DNA of 64,000 bases from Candidatus Harrisonbacteria bacterium. GTDB taxonomy: Bacteria > Patescibacteriota > Minisyncoccia > UBA6257 > 1-14-0-10-44-23. Positions 19,325 to 28,630 of this stretch are shown piece by piece (positions within the stretch are counted from its first letter, which is position 1; the number at the start of each line of letters is the position of its first letter). The stretch spans positions 185,766 to 249,765 of the forward strand of contig JAHFLF010000001.1 of the NCBI GenBank assembly GCA_023255625.1, read 5' to 3'. Made by a program: the position numbers and the translations under genes. A model generated the notes under the pieces. The model saw only the letters and a program-made list of their open reading frames with translations. It made no database searches and had not been told where the DNA came from.

Positions 19325-20611
19325 CTATTGTTTTATAGATGATAACACGGTTAAGACCCGATCAATCTCTGCATCCGTTGTTAGCCGCCCCAAACTAAAA
19401 CGAATACTATTTTTAGCCCGGGTGCGGTCAAAGCCCATCGCAAGTAAAACATGCGAGGGGTCAATGGACCGGGCGGAACAGGCCGAGCCGGAAGAAACGG
19501 CTATACCTGCCAGGTCGAGCGCTACAAGCAGCTGCTCCCCTGACCGCCGAGGAATAAAAATATTAAGATTATTTGGAAGTCGACCTTGTGCGCCTCCGTT
19601 AAGTACTACACCGGGGAAAATAATTTTATTTCCTTTAAAAAGCTTGTCGCGTAATTTGGCGATTCTTTGAAATTCTTTTGAGCGCAGTGCCGATGCAATT
19701 TCCACGGCCTTAGCAAATCCGACAATCGCCGAGACATTCTCTGTACCGCTGCGAAGGCCGAATTCCTGACCACCGCCAGTCAGGATAGTGAGTAGTGAGT
19801 AGTGAGTAGTGAGTAGCTTTGAGGCAGGGACGCGACGGGCATACAAACATCCAATACCTTTTGGGCCATAAATTTTATGCGCAGAAAGCGTCATCAAATC
19901 AACTCCGAGCGCATCAACATTGCAGTCTAAATACTGAAAGGCCTGAACCGCATCAACATGAAGGAGAGGATAGTTACTTGGTTGCTTAGTTAGTTGGTTG
20001 GTTGGTTGAGAGGCGCGAAAATCGTTAACGATTTTCGCGATTTCTGCGATTGGCTGGACCGTCCCAACTTCATTGTTAGCGTACATAACTGAAACTAGTA
20101 CAGTCCGCTCGTTCAGCGCAGCTTTGAGTTTTTTTAGATCAACAATGCCTTCCCTTGAAACTGGAATAAGCACTACATCCACTCCGTCTTTTTCTAAATC
20201 ACGCGCCGTCTCTAGCACCGACTCATGTTCAATCGCGGAAATAATTAGGCGAGGTATGAATTTTCCATTCTTCATTCTTAATTGGTCATTCATCATTTGC
20301 TTTACGCTCCCGCGTAAAGCAAGATTATTCGCCTCTGTCGCACTCCCCGTAAAAATAATCTCGCTGTAGTGCGCACCGATAGCGCCGGCAATCGTCTGCC
20401 TTGGCTTAAATACCGCCGCACTCGCTGCTTGCCCAAATGAATGCAAAGACCCCGGATTTCCAAAGCTGGTTGCTTGGTTAGTTGGTTGCTTGGTTAGTTG
20501 GTTGGGAAACGATGCGCCAAACCACGGCAGCATGGCTTCAAGCACGCGCGGGTCAAGCGGAGTGGTGGACGCGTAATCAAGATAAATTCTTTTTTGCTTC
20601 ATAAAGCTCAT
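19325..20611 (-). CDS. iscS: cysteine desulfurase IscS/NifS with four repeat-derived in-frame insertions
   Basis: IYLDYASTTP, FTGSATEANN, SAHKIYGPKG, SSGSAC. Confidence 0.95.
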   Translation of the reverse strand: MSFMKQKRIYLDYASTTPLDPRVLEAMLPWFGASFPNQLTKQPTNQATSFGNPGSLHSFGQAASAAVFKPRQTIAGAIGAHYSEIIFTGSATEANNLALRGSVKQMMNDQLRMKNGKFIPRLIISAIEHESVLETARDLEKDGVDVVLIPVSREGIVDLKKLKAALNERTVLVSVMYANNEVGTVQPIAEIAKIVNDFRASQPTNQLTKQPSNYPLLHVDAVQAFQYLDCNVDALGVDLMTLSAHKIYGPKGIGCLYARRVPASKLLTTHYSLLTILTGGGQEFGLRSGTENVSAIVGFAKAVEIASALRSKEFQRIAKLRDKLFKGNKIIFPGVVLNGGAQGRLPNNLNIFIPRRSGEQLLVALDLAGIAVSSGSACSARSIDPSHVLLAMGFDRTRAKNSIRFSLGRLTTDAEIDRVLTVLSSIKQ

Positions 20612-20630
20612 AGTACGGCTAAAATCCTAT

Positions 20631-20665
20631 TTGCAAAATACACTAAGTTGCATCATACTGCAACT
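20631..20665 (+). promoter_or_regulatory. sigma70 promoter with overlapping palindromic operator upstream of fur
   Basis: TTGCAA-17bp-CATACT; AGTTGCA-N6-TGCAACT at 20646-20665. Confidence 0.55.
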
Positions 20666-20668
20666 ATT

Positions 20669-20768
20669 AAGTTTTTAAAGTTCATCAAGCAGAAAGTTAT
20701 CAAGCAAGAAATTTCCGCCCCTTCATTCCCACTTGAAAAACTTGATGAACTTTAAAACTTGATGAACT
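20669..20768. repeat. family C element in the fur 5' leader
   Basis: aagtttttaaagttcatcaag ... cttgaaaaacttgatgaactttaaaacttgatgaact. Confidence 0.85.
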
Positions 20769-20772
20769 CCCC

Positions 20773-21198
20773 ATGAACCTAGCCACCACCATCCACATGC
20801 TCCAGGGCCGCGGATTCCGGATGACTACTGTCCGCCGATTTTTGCTGCAAACATTTAAAGATACAAAAGCTCCCCTTTCGGCTAACGACCTCATAGGAAT
20901 TCTCAAAAAAGCTCATCTGGAGTGTAACCGCACAACGGTCTACCGTGAGCTTACTTTTTTAGTTGAGCAGACACTCCTACGCGCGGTTGACTTTGGCGAC
21001 GGCGCAAAACGCTACGAGCTCGCCGGTGGCGAGCATCACCATCACTTTATTTGCAGTAACTGCAAAGCCGTCTCTGATGTCAACTTGAAAAATGATCTTG
21101 AGCAACAGGAGCGAATTTTAGAAAAAATTCTGGGCGCAACGATTGAAAGCCACTCTCTGGAATTTTTCGGGATTTGCAAAAACTGTGGGACGAAATAA
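20773..21198 (+). CDS. Fur-family metal-dependent regulator
   Basis: TTVYREL, HHHHFICSNC, FFGICKNC. Confidence 0.93.
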   Translation: MNLATTIHMLQGRGFRMTTVRRFLLQTFKDTKAPLSANDLIGILKKAHLECNRTTVYRELTFLVEQTLLRAVDFGDGAKRYELAGGEHHHHFICSNCKAVSDVNLKNDLEQQERILEKILGATIESHSLEFFGICKNCGTK

Positions 21199-21202
21199 AG
21201 CC

Positions 21203-22345
21203 ATGAAGATACTCATTGTTGGCGGCGGGATTGGCGGGCTTGCACTTGCTGCATTTTTAGAAACATACAAGATTGAGTACGACCTCATTGAAAAAGCGCC
21301 GAACTGGCAGCAGCAGGGATTTTCAATTGGCCTGTGGAACAACGGCCGCATTATGCTAAAAAAATTGGGTCTTGCGCAGGAGTTTGACCGCCAGGCGACG
21401 CGTATAAAGCACTACATTATCGCAAACGGCGCAGGAAAATTACTCCGCCAGTATGATCTAGACTCTTTCTACAATCGCTACGGTACCAGCTACTCTCACA
21501 TTGATCGGCAAAGTCTGCACGAATTACTACTAGGTAAGATTGATGCTGCGCGTCTTGGCTTGAGCACAACAATTAAAGAGCTTACGCAAACACCTGATCG
21601 GGTGAGCGTAACTCTAAGCAATGGGAAAACCAAAGTATATGACCTTGTTGTTGGTTGCGATGGAGCAAAATCAGTGCTGCGCAGCTTTATCTCTCCCGGC
21701 ACGAAAACACTCTGCTACGAGGAGTGGCGGGCTTGGTACGGTTGGATAAGCAACACTCTGAAAACAAAGGCGACAGTATCAGAGTATATTGAACCTAGCC
21801 AATTTGCGGCGGTCTTTGATGACGGCGCTAAAACATTGCTGGTACTTATGGCGCCGGCCAGTCACGGAGTATGGGACGATACGGCTGGCCGGATTGCCCG
21901 ACTCAAAACCATTTTCAAAAATGAAGCCGCCATCATCCCGCAGGCATTTGAGAATCTCCACGATGAACAGATTATGCCGTTTGACCTATGCAGCGTAGAA
22001 ACAAAACGCTGGTTTGCCGGGCGCATAGCACTACTTGGCGATGCCGCACACGCCCTACCACCTCATGCTGGCCTCGGTGGAGGAATGGCGATGGAGGATG
22101 CGTATGTGCTTGCCGGAGAGCTGTCGCGGATAGATAAAGATTACTCGCTCCAGGCGGCGCTCGCCCGTTATGAATCTGTGCGCAAACCGCGAGTTGCTCT
22201 TGCCCGTACGCTTACAAACCGCATGCGTGGCTGGGCGATGATAAAATCCCCGCTTCTACGGAAAATTCTTAATAGCTGCATAGCGGTTGTACCGGAACGC
22301 TTTTTTATACAACCGTACCAGAAATTACTAGACCAGGAAATTTAG
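21203..22345 (+). CDS. FAD-dependent monooxygenase
   Basis: GGGIGG, DLVVGCDGAKS, LLGDAAH...G.G..MAMEDA. Confidence 0.92.
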   Translation: MKILIVGGGIGGLALAAFLETYKIEYDLIEKAPNWQQQGFSIGLWNNGRIMLKKLGLAQEFDRQATRIKHYIIANGAGKLLRQYDLDSFYNRYGTSYSHIDRQSLHELLLGKIDAARLGLSTTIKELTQTPDRVSVTLSNGKTKVYDLVVGCDGAKSVLRSFISPGTKTLCYEEWRAWYGWISNTLKTKATVSEYIEPSQFAAVFDDGAKTLLVLMAPASHGVWDDTAGRIARLKTIFKNEAAIIPQAFENLHDEQIMPFDLCSVETKRWFAGRIALLGDAAHALPPHAGLGGGMAMEDAYVLAGELSRIDKDYSLQAALARYESVRKPRVALARTLTNRMRGWAMIKSPLLRKILNSCIAVVPERFFIQPYQKLLDQEI

Positions 22346-22617
22346 AGCTTACCGGCAAACCCGCTCCGGCCGCGATCAAGGTTAATTTTTGAAAGGTCGC
22401 GAAGACTCGCCGCATGGAGTAGCTTCAGCTACTTTGAGGACGAGTCGACAATGACCTTTCAAAAATTAACCAGATCCCAAAGGGTTGCGGTTAGTTTCGC
22501 CGTCTGCGTTGTTGCGAGCAGTATGCCGAAGCTCAAGCTTCTGTCATACCGCTCGCGCCTAGCAGCCAGACGAAACTAGCAAGCAACGCGGCTCGGATGG
22601 GGTTTGCCGGTAAGCTC
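22345..22617. mobile_element. MITE-like 273-bp multi-branched palindromic element
   Basis: Perfect 18-bp terminal inverted repeats GAGCTTACCGGCAAACCC; two nested long internal hairpins; no ORF. Confidence 0.6.
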
Positions 22618-23197
22618 AGGAAAGGTGGGCATACTTGGCTGCTTTTCGTGGCAGCCAGTGTTTGCGATGCAGCACAACAATGAGCACCGCGATAAGCGCG
22701 GCAAATACGGTAATGGCCATAACAGGAATCGTCAGGAAACCGAAAAGGTTAATATACTTCGTGGCGCAGGAAACCAGAGAGATAAGAGTTGTGCACGGAA
22801 TAAGATCCGGCGCACTCCCGTTCTCAAGCAAAATCTGATACCCGCTGACTAAAAATCCGGCAACTGACATTGCGAGTGCTGTATATAAAAGACTCTTGTG
22901 CGGTTTATACAGATACCAGCCAAAAAGAATAATCTCCGGGTACATAAGAGCGCGCTCAATCCAACATAGAAAACAAGCTGGAAACTGCGCAACCTCTGAA
23001 AAAAATAAACTGCCGACGATTGAGCCACCCACAATGGTAAGAGCTACCAGCACGCCGTGCCGGCCCAACCGTTCATGGAGCCACTCGCGTAAATCAGCAC
23101 TGGAAATCGTTGCGATAATAAAAAACACCAGCAGAAGCTGCATGAGAGCGGTCATCGCACCAACAAAATATATAACGCCAATAACAAAAGAACTCAT
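22616..23197 (-). CDS. dsbB: disulfide bond formation protein DsbB/BdbC
   Basis: SLFFSEV...CFLCWIER..MYP, second Cys pair, FGFLTIP. Confidence 0.88.
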   Translation of the reverse strand: MSSFVIGVIYFVGAMTALMQLLLVFFIIATISSADLREWLHERLGRHGVLVALTIVGGSIVGSLFFSEVAQFPACFLCWIERALMYPEIILFGWYLYKPHKSLLYTALAMSVAGFLVSGYQILLENGSAPDLIPCTTLISLVSCATKYINLFGFLTIPVMAITVFAALIAVLIVVLHRKHWLPRKAAKYAHLS

Positions 23198-23255
23198 GCA
23201 GGTATTGTACCGCGAGCCAGTTAATCTGCAAACTCTTGTTTGCATGATCTTTTAC

Positions 23256-23330
23256 GCCGCGCCTGAAATTGCATTTTACAGCCATTCGCTTGCGATGAGC
23301 CCGGCTGTAAAATGCAATTTCGGGCGCGGC
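23256..23330 (+). repeat. family H capped long hairpin
   Basis: About 28-bp stem, cap GCCATTCGCTTGCGATGAGCCCGGC. Confidence 0.85.
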
Positions 23331-23372
23331 CTCCCTCTTGCCTCTTGCGAACGAGGCGAGTAATCTTGGGGC

Positions 23373-23903
23373 ATGGCACCGAAAAAAATCACACAATCTA
23401 CTCTTCCCCAACCATTTCTCTTTAAAAACGGCCGCGGCGAACAACTGCACACCGATCAGGTAGTCCGCGAAATTGCCCGCTTTATGCTCCTACAACCACA
23501 GCGAGCATATAAGATCACTATTGGTTCAGACTCTGAACAGCTCGCCGACAAGCGTGCGGACTTTGTGACGGCCATCGTCGTGCACCGCGTTGGTAACGGC
23601 GGTATGTATTTTTGGCGACGTATTGTAGACAGCACAAAATTCCATACGCTGCGCGACAGAATTCTCCAAGAGGTGTTGCTTTCGCTGGAAATTTCGCAAC
23701 TCTTCATTGAAGAGGCAAAAATTGGCGGGCTTCCCCACTTTGATTTTGAAATCCACATTGATATTGGCGAACATGGCGCCACAAAAGTGATGATTCAGGA
23801 GCTCGTCGGCATGATCCGTGCAAATAATTTCACCGCAAAAACCAAACCCGACAGCTACGCCGCCAGTAAGGTGGCGGATAGGCATGGACTGAAGAATGAT
23901 TGA
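23373..23903 (+). CDS. RNase H-like YkuK (DUF458) family protein
   Basis: IGSDS, FVTAIVVHRVGNGG, EIHIDIG..G.T, KPDSYAASKVAD. Confidence 0.88.
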   Translation: MAPKKITQSTLPQPFLFKNGRGEQLHTDQVVREIARFMLLQPQRAYKITIGSDSEQLADKRADFVTAIVVHRVGNGGMYFWRRIVDSTKFHTLRDRILQEVLLSLEISQLFIEEAKIGGLPHFDFEIHIDIGEHGATKVMIQELVGMIRANNFTAKTKPDSYAASKVADRHGLKND

Positions 23904-23911
23904 GTACAGTC

Positions 23912-23998
23912 AAATTTTCAATTTCTAATTTTCAAACAATGATTTAATTTCAGAATTTCTAAATTGGAAATTGTTTAGAAATTGAAAATTGAAAATTA
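23912..23998. repeat. family A element
   Basis: aaattttcaatttctaattttcaaacaat ... attgtttagaaattgaaaattgaaaatta. Confidence 0.85.
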
Positions 23999-24006
23999 AT
24001 GAACCA

Positions 24007-24591
24007 ATGGACACTATTGTCCTCGACATCGAAACCAAAGACATGTACGGTGGGGCATCGGGAAAAATAATTTCCGACCTCTCGCCGTCTTTTGTTGGAA
24101 TTTATTCATATTCTGGAAATAAATATTCTGGCTATTTTGAAAGTGATTTCCCTGACCTAAAAAAACTGTTGAGCGAACCGGCACTCTTAGTCGGCTTTTC
24201 TTCAAATCGGTTTGACCTGCCGATTTTAAGCCGCGTACTGAATCTTGTTTTTGATAAGCATCCGAAAGTAGACCTTTGCGAAGAACTGGAAATACGCACC
24301 GGCCGGCGGGTTGGTCTGAATACGCTCGCCCTCATCAATCTGGGCAAAGGCAAAACCGGCGCCGGGCTGGATGCTCCACAACTTTTCGCCGAAGGAAAAC
24401 TTGAAGAGCTCAAAAGCTACTGTCTGAATGATGTGCAACTCACAAAAGAACTATATGACTTAATTCGTACAAAAAAAGAATTAAAAATCCCAAAGCAAGA
24501 AAGTGTCTTTTCAAATCAGCTCGGACTTTTTGAAAAAGATAAGCTAGAAAAAGTAAAAATAGATTTGGGGCCATTACTAACTTTCATATAA
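24007..24591 (+). CDS. RNase H-like (DEDD/YprB-type) exonuclease domain protein
   Basis: VLDIET, GFSSNRFDLP, YCLNDVQLT. Confidence 0.85.
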   Translation: MDTIVLDIETKDMYGGASGKIISDLSPSFVGIYSYSGNKYSGYFESDFPDLKKLLSEPALLVGFSSNRFDLPILSRVLNLVFDKHPKVDLCEELEIRTGRRVGLNTLALINLGKGKTGAGLDAPQLFAEGKLEELKSYCLNDVQLTKELYDLIRTKKELKIPKQESVFSNQLGLFEKDKLEKVKIDLGPLLTFI

Positions 24592-24599
24592 TGAACCCT

Positions 24600-24804
24600 G
24601 CGCGGTGGCAATATGTTTTTGCCAGCCATTCGCTTGCGATGGGCCCGGCTGGAAAAAACATATTGCCACCGCGCCCCCATTCGTACTCCTGCCTACCGGC
24701 AGGCAGGTTCGTAAAAAATTCGTAATTCACGAGCCATCAGTTTGCATTTTGAAGCCATCCCGAAGGGTGAGCCCGGCTTCAAAATGCAAACTGATGGCTC
24801 GTGA
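24600..24804 (+). repeat. two family H hairpins flanking a family F half-element that carries a 20-nt palindrome
   Basis: Hairpins at 24600-24674 and 24727-24804; CCTGCCTACCGGCAGGCAGG at 24688-24707. Confidence 0.85.
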
Positions 24805-24887
24805 TTAAATCCGGGTATAAAAAAGCGGGGCCTCGACATGCGTCTTGGCCCCCATTCCCGGATTGTGCGCCGGGGCGCTGCGAGGAG

Positions 24888-25058
24888 CTAGTCCTCGCTC
24901 TCCCACCGCAGATGCGCGATTGCACTGCGCGGAGACCAGACGAGCAGGACCAGCCAGCCAAGGAACCCCATGAGCCAGTTATCGCCAGGCGTCATGTTGT
25001 ATCCGCCCGCTTGCTTCGCCGATCCCTCTGTCTCCACTCTCTTCTTGAACCACAACAT
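24888..25058 (-). CDS. small hypothetical protein
   Basis: MLWFKKRVETEG...; GGAGGAG SD, upstream TTGACA-16-CATACT promoter, downstream hairpin plus U-tract. Confidence 0.5.
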   Translation of the reverse strand: MLWFKKRVETEGSAKQAGGYNMTPGDNWLMGFLGWLVLLVWSPRSAIAHLRWESED

Positions 25059-25270
25059 GGTCTCCTCCACCCACCGCCACAAAACGGGCGGCAGAATTGA
25101 CCGTTCCCTCCCAGCGCACGCCGGGAAGACCAAAAATAGTATGTTCCTTTTTATTCGCTTGTCAAGCATCTAAAAAAATGGTCTTGGCTCTTTACTGCAC
25201 AATCCAAAAAAGTAGTATACTGATTTTGTCATGGGCTTAGACCTTTGTCCGAAGAACGGGAGGTGCGGGA

Positions 25271-25471
25271 ATGTTGAGGATGCAGAATGAATACTGCAGG
25301 AATTGTCTTTCAACCCAGCGGTTCCTGGACCTCGGCGCGAGTCTCGTGTGCGAGCGCTGCACGGCGCGCCTGTACAGAGTCGCGGATCGCCCAGCGCCGC
25401 ATCCAGAAGGCCAGATCGCCGCCGTGAGGGCGGTGCCGGAGAGCTTGCTTCGCGAACGCGAAGCTGGCTGA
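25271..25471 (+). CDS. small Zn-ribbon protein
   Basis: CRNC...CERC; GGAGGT SD; followed by a terminator. Confidence 0.6.
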   Translation: MLRMQNEYCRNCLSTQRFLDLGASLVCERCTARLYRVADRPAPHPEGQIAAVRAVPESLLREREAG

Positions 25472-25477
25472 CGAGCA

Positions 25478-25528
25478 GCGAGTCCGGCCTCCCGTGGGAA
25501 GCCGGACTCGCACTATTTTTATCTTTTT
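25478..25528 (+). terminator. intrinsic terminator
   Basis: GCGAGTCCGGC-CTCCCGTGGGAA-GCCGGACTCGC followed by a T-rich tract. Confidence 0.65.
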
Positions 25529-26342
25529 ATACTTTTGCTAAAAGTTTTTTTATAACTTGTTTCGCCTCTTTCGGCCCGGGGACTTGAATGTAATCCACGC
25601 CGGTTTTGACAACGGCGTAATCATTACCGCCCGGCACAATCTGATCACCAATAAAAATCATATCTTTGATTGGGATATGTAAATGTTTTTGAATCTGTAA
25701 AATTCCGTACCCTTTATCAATCCCCTTCCGGACAACATCCACCGTACTGTACCCGCCGGCTTTTGCCTCAAGCTCCGGCAATTTCTTTTGCATCGCCGCG
25801 GCAATTTTTTCCCGCCAACCGGTTTTGCGAAATGCGAGCTTGATAGCGACTCCCCTCTTCGCGCCAAGTTGCTCCACGATATCCTGACCGACCGCCGTAA
25901 AAGCTATCTGCGTGCCGCGATCCTGGATCAATTCGCCATACACTTTTTTCGGATGCTGGTACCCTAACTCCTTAAAAACATCGTTAAATGTTTTAATAAT
26001 TTTCCGGCGAGTTTTAAGCGGCAACATATGCGCATATACACGCCGCCAGCCGCCCTGGCTGGCCGAGCCGGGCCCCTTACGATACTCATACATGCTGGTC
26101 GCGGTTGTTGGGAACAGCCATAGATTACGCATCAATGCAGGCGATAGATGTAAATGTTCTAAAAACTGATCCTGAAACTGCTCGTACCGGCCGCCGCTGA
26201 TCACAGCGATTTTTTTCTGGCCGAGGAGTTGCGTAAAAAGCCGCGCCATCTCTTTATCCGGCGATGCCTTGCTTTCCGTGAGCGTCCCGTCTAAATCAAA
26301 CACAATCAGTTTTTTGTTAAAAGTCAGTTTGTTCTCTGCCAT
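25527..26342 (-). CDS. HAD-IIB hydrolase, eukaryotic-type phosphomannomutase-like
   Basis: FDLDGTL, ISGG, DRGTQI, GIDKGYG, FIGD...GGND. Confidence 0.88.
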   Translation of the reverse strand: MAENKLTFNKKLIVFDLDGTLTESKASPDKEMARLFTQLLGQKKIAVISGGRYEQFQDQFLEHLHLSPALMRNLWLFPTTATSMYEYRKGPGSASQGGWRRVYAHMLPLKTRRKIIKTFNDVFKELGYQHPKKVYGELIQDRGTQIAFTAVGQDIVEQLGAKRGVAIKLAFRKTGWREKIAAAMQKKLPELEAKAGGYSTVDVVRKGIDKGYGILQIQKHLHIPIKDMIFIGDQIVPGGNDYAVVKTGVDYIQVPGPKEAKQVIKKLLAKV

Positions 26343-26389
26343 AGTGAAATGATATACTAAATCACACTAGTTAAACAACTACGCCCAGT

Positions 26390-28630
26390 ATGGCCAAATC
26401 TAAAAAAGACAAAAAGTCCAAGGGAAAGGATTTTGAAATTCCGAATCCGCTGGCCAGCGTCAGCGAGGCAACCAAAAAAAGCGTTGCTGGCATTCTGCTT
26501 GTCGGTGTCTCCATTATTCTTTTTCTGGCCGCCTTTAATTCGGCCGGCCCGGCCGGCACAGCGACCTTTAACCTACTCCACCGCTTTGTGGGTGTCGGCT
26601 ACTACCTTATCCCCATCATCGCCCTAACCGTCGGAATCCTCTTCTTAGTCAGCCATGAGAAAAAGTTTTTTGGTATTGTCTTTGCCGGCATGGCCGGATT
26701 TGTCCTTTCCTGCCTCGGGCTGATCGATGTACTCTTCCCGGCCGAAAAAGGATTGCCCGACTCGGCGGGCTGGCTTGGCCATCTTGTTGGGCTTCTGGAA
26801 ATCCCCTTTGGCTACGCCGCCTCAATCATTTTACTCATCACGCTGGTAGTTGTTTGCCTGATGATCACCCTGAATGCTTCAGTTAATTTGAAAAAATTGA
26901 AAAAACCGTGGAAGACAGAGATCGAAGAAGAGGAAAAAATTGAAGAGGAGGAGCTAATTATTACCGGTGCAGATGAGCAGCCAAAAAAACGCAAGCTCTT
27001 CGGCGGGCAAGACGATGAAGACGAGGAGAAAGATTTAAAAAAACCGATTAAGCCAGTTGCCGTACCTGCGGATGTTGAAGTGAAAGTTGCGGAGCAGCCG
27101 CTAATTAGTCTTGGCCGCGGCAAACTAAAAGAACACGCTAACTATATCGCTCCCCCGCTGGCCCTCCTTGCGGCAACGGTTGATAAACCAATGCCTGGCG
27201 ACTTAAAAGCCAACGCGAATATTATTAAACGCACACTGGAAAGTTTCGGCGTACCGGTGGAAATGGGCGAGGTCAACATCGGCCCAAAATTTACTCGCTA
27301 CACTTTGAAGCCGGCCGAGGGTGTTAAGCTCACCCGTATCACGGCGCTTCAACAAGATCTCGCGCTTGCTCTGGCCGCACCGAGCTTACGGCTTGAGGCA
27401 CCAATTCCCGGCAAGTCCTTAGTTGGCATTGAAATCCCAAACCGCACGGTCGCCACGGTTCATCTTGGCTCAATGCTGACCTATCCGGATTTTACGAGTG
27501 GCGGCCCACTTGTTTTTCCGATCGGCCGCGATGTTACCGGCGACGCGCTCTTTGGCAACATTGAAAAACTGCCGCACATCCTTATTGCCGGAACAACCGG
27601 CAGCGGTAAATCAATTTTCATCCACTCGGTTATCATTCCGCTGCTCTATAAAAATTCGCCGGAGCAACTTAAATTAATTTTGATTGACCCGAAACGGGTC
27701 GAGCTTTCAATTTATGAGGGCATCCCGCACCTCATCGCACCGGTCATTGTCGAGGCCAAAAAATCAATCGCCGTCTTCCGCTGGGCTGTTTCAGAAATGG
27801 ACAGGCGTTATGAAATTTTTATGAAAGCCGGCGTGCGCGACATCCGCAGTTACAACAAATCCAATAAAAATGACGCGCTACCATTTGTTGTTATCGTGAT
27901 TGACGAAATGGCCGACTTGATGAGCACCTTTGGCAAAGAAATTGAGGCCTACATTGTGCGCATTGCGCAGATGGCGCGCGCCACAGGTATTCATCTTGTT
28001 CTGGCCACCCAGCGGCCTTCAGTCAATGTTGTGACCGGACTGATTAAGGCGAACATCCAGGCCCGCGTCGCACTACAAGTCGCCAGCCAGATTGACTCGC
28101 GTACGATTATTGACACCGCCGGCGCCGAACGCCTGCTCGGTAAGGGCGATTTACTTTTTGTCTCAAATGATTTCAGCAAACCAAAAAGAATTCAAGCCCC
28201 ATTTGTCAGCGAAGAGGAGATCCGCGAGGTAGTGGCCTTCATTAAAGAACACAACGAAGTACTCACGCCCAGTGAGCCGACCGAAGAAAGCAAGGCGATC
28301 CAAAATTCTATGACTGAAACAAGCGGTCCCTCCTTCGCTAAAGCTTCGGAGGGCAAGGATATTTTTGATGACTATGGCGGCACAAACAGCGACAATGCAG
28401 AAGATGAACTGCTGACGCAGGCAATTCAAACGGTTAAAGAGGCGAAAAAGGCCTCGGCCTCCCTGCTCCAACGCCGACTTGGTGTTGGCTACGCTCGTGC
28501 CGCACGGCTCTTAGACATCATGGAATCAAAAGGACTTATCGGCCCGGGCGATGGCGCCAAACCCCGCGAGGTATTTATTGTTGACGAGGCAACTGACGGC
28601 GGCGTGCCACCGGAATTGCCAGTTGGATAA
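26390..28630 (+). CDS. ftsK: DNA translocase FtsK
   Basis: 4TM N-terminus, PHILIAGTTGSGKS, DEMADLM, gamma domain SASLLQRRLGVGYARAARL. Confidence 0.97.
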   Translation: MAKSKKDKKSKGKDFEIPNPLASVSEATKKSVAGILLVGVSIILFLAAFNSAGPAGTATFNLLHRFVGVGYYLIPIIALTVGILFLVSHEKKFFGIVFAGMAGFVLSCLGLIDVLFPAEKGLPDSAGWLGHLVGLLEIPFGYAASIILLITLVVVCLMITLNASVNLKKLKKPWKTEIEEEEKIEEEELIITGADEQPKKRKLFGGQDDEDEEKDLKKPIKPVAVPADVEVKVAEQPLISLGRGKLKEHANYIAPPLALLAATVDKPMPGDLKANANIIKRTLESFGVPVEMGEVNIGPKFTRYTLKPAEGVKLTRITALQQDLALALAAPSLRLEAPIPGKSLVGIEIPNRTVATVHLGSMLTYPDFTSGGPLVFPIGRDVTGDALFGNIEKLPHILIAGTTGSGKSIFIHSVIIPLLYKNSPEQLKLILIDPKRVELSIYEGIPHLIAPVIVEAKKSIAVFRWAVSEMDRRYEIFMKAGVRDIRSYNKSNKNDALPFVVIVIDEMADLMSTFGKEIEAYIVRIAQMARATGIHLVLATQRPSVNVVTGLIKANIQARVALQVASQIDSRTIIDTAGAERLLGKGDLLFVSNDFSKPKRIQAPFVSEEEIREVVAFIKEHNEVLTPSEPTEESKAIQNSMTETSGPSFAKASEGKDIFDDYGGTNSDNAEDELLTQAIQTVKEAKKASASLLQRRLGVGYARAARLLDIMESKGLIGPGDGAKPREVFIVDEATDGGVPPELPVG

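Noticed and set aside
19247-24804. Family H hairpins as integron attC sites
   Set aside because: They have no RYYYAAC/GTTRRRY ends, no integrase is present, and the flanking genes are not uniformly oriented cassettes.
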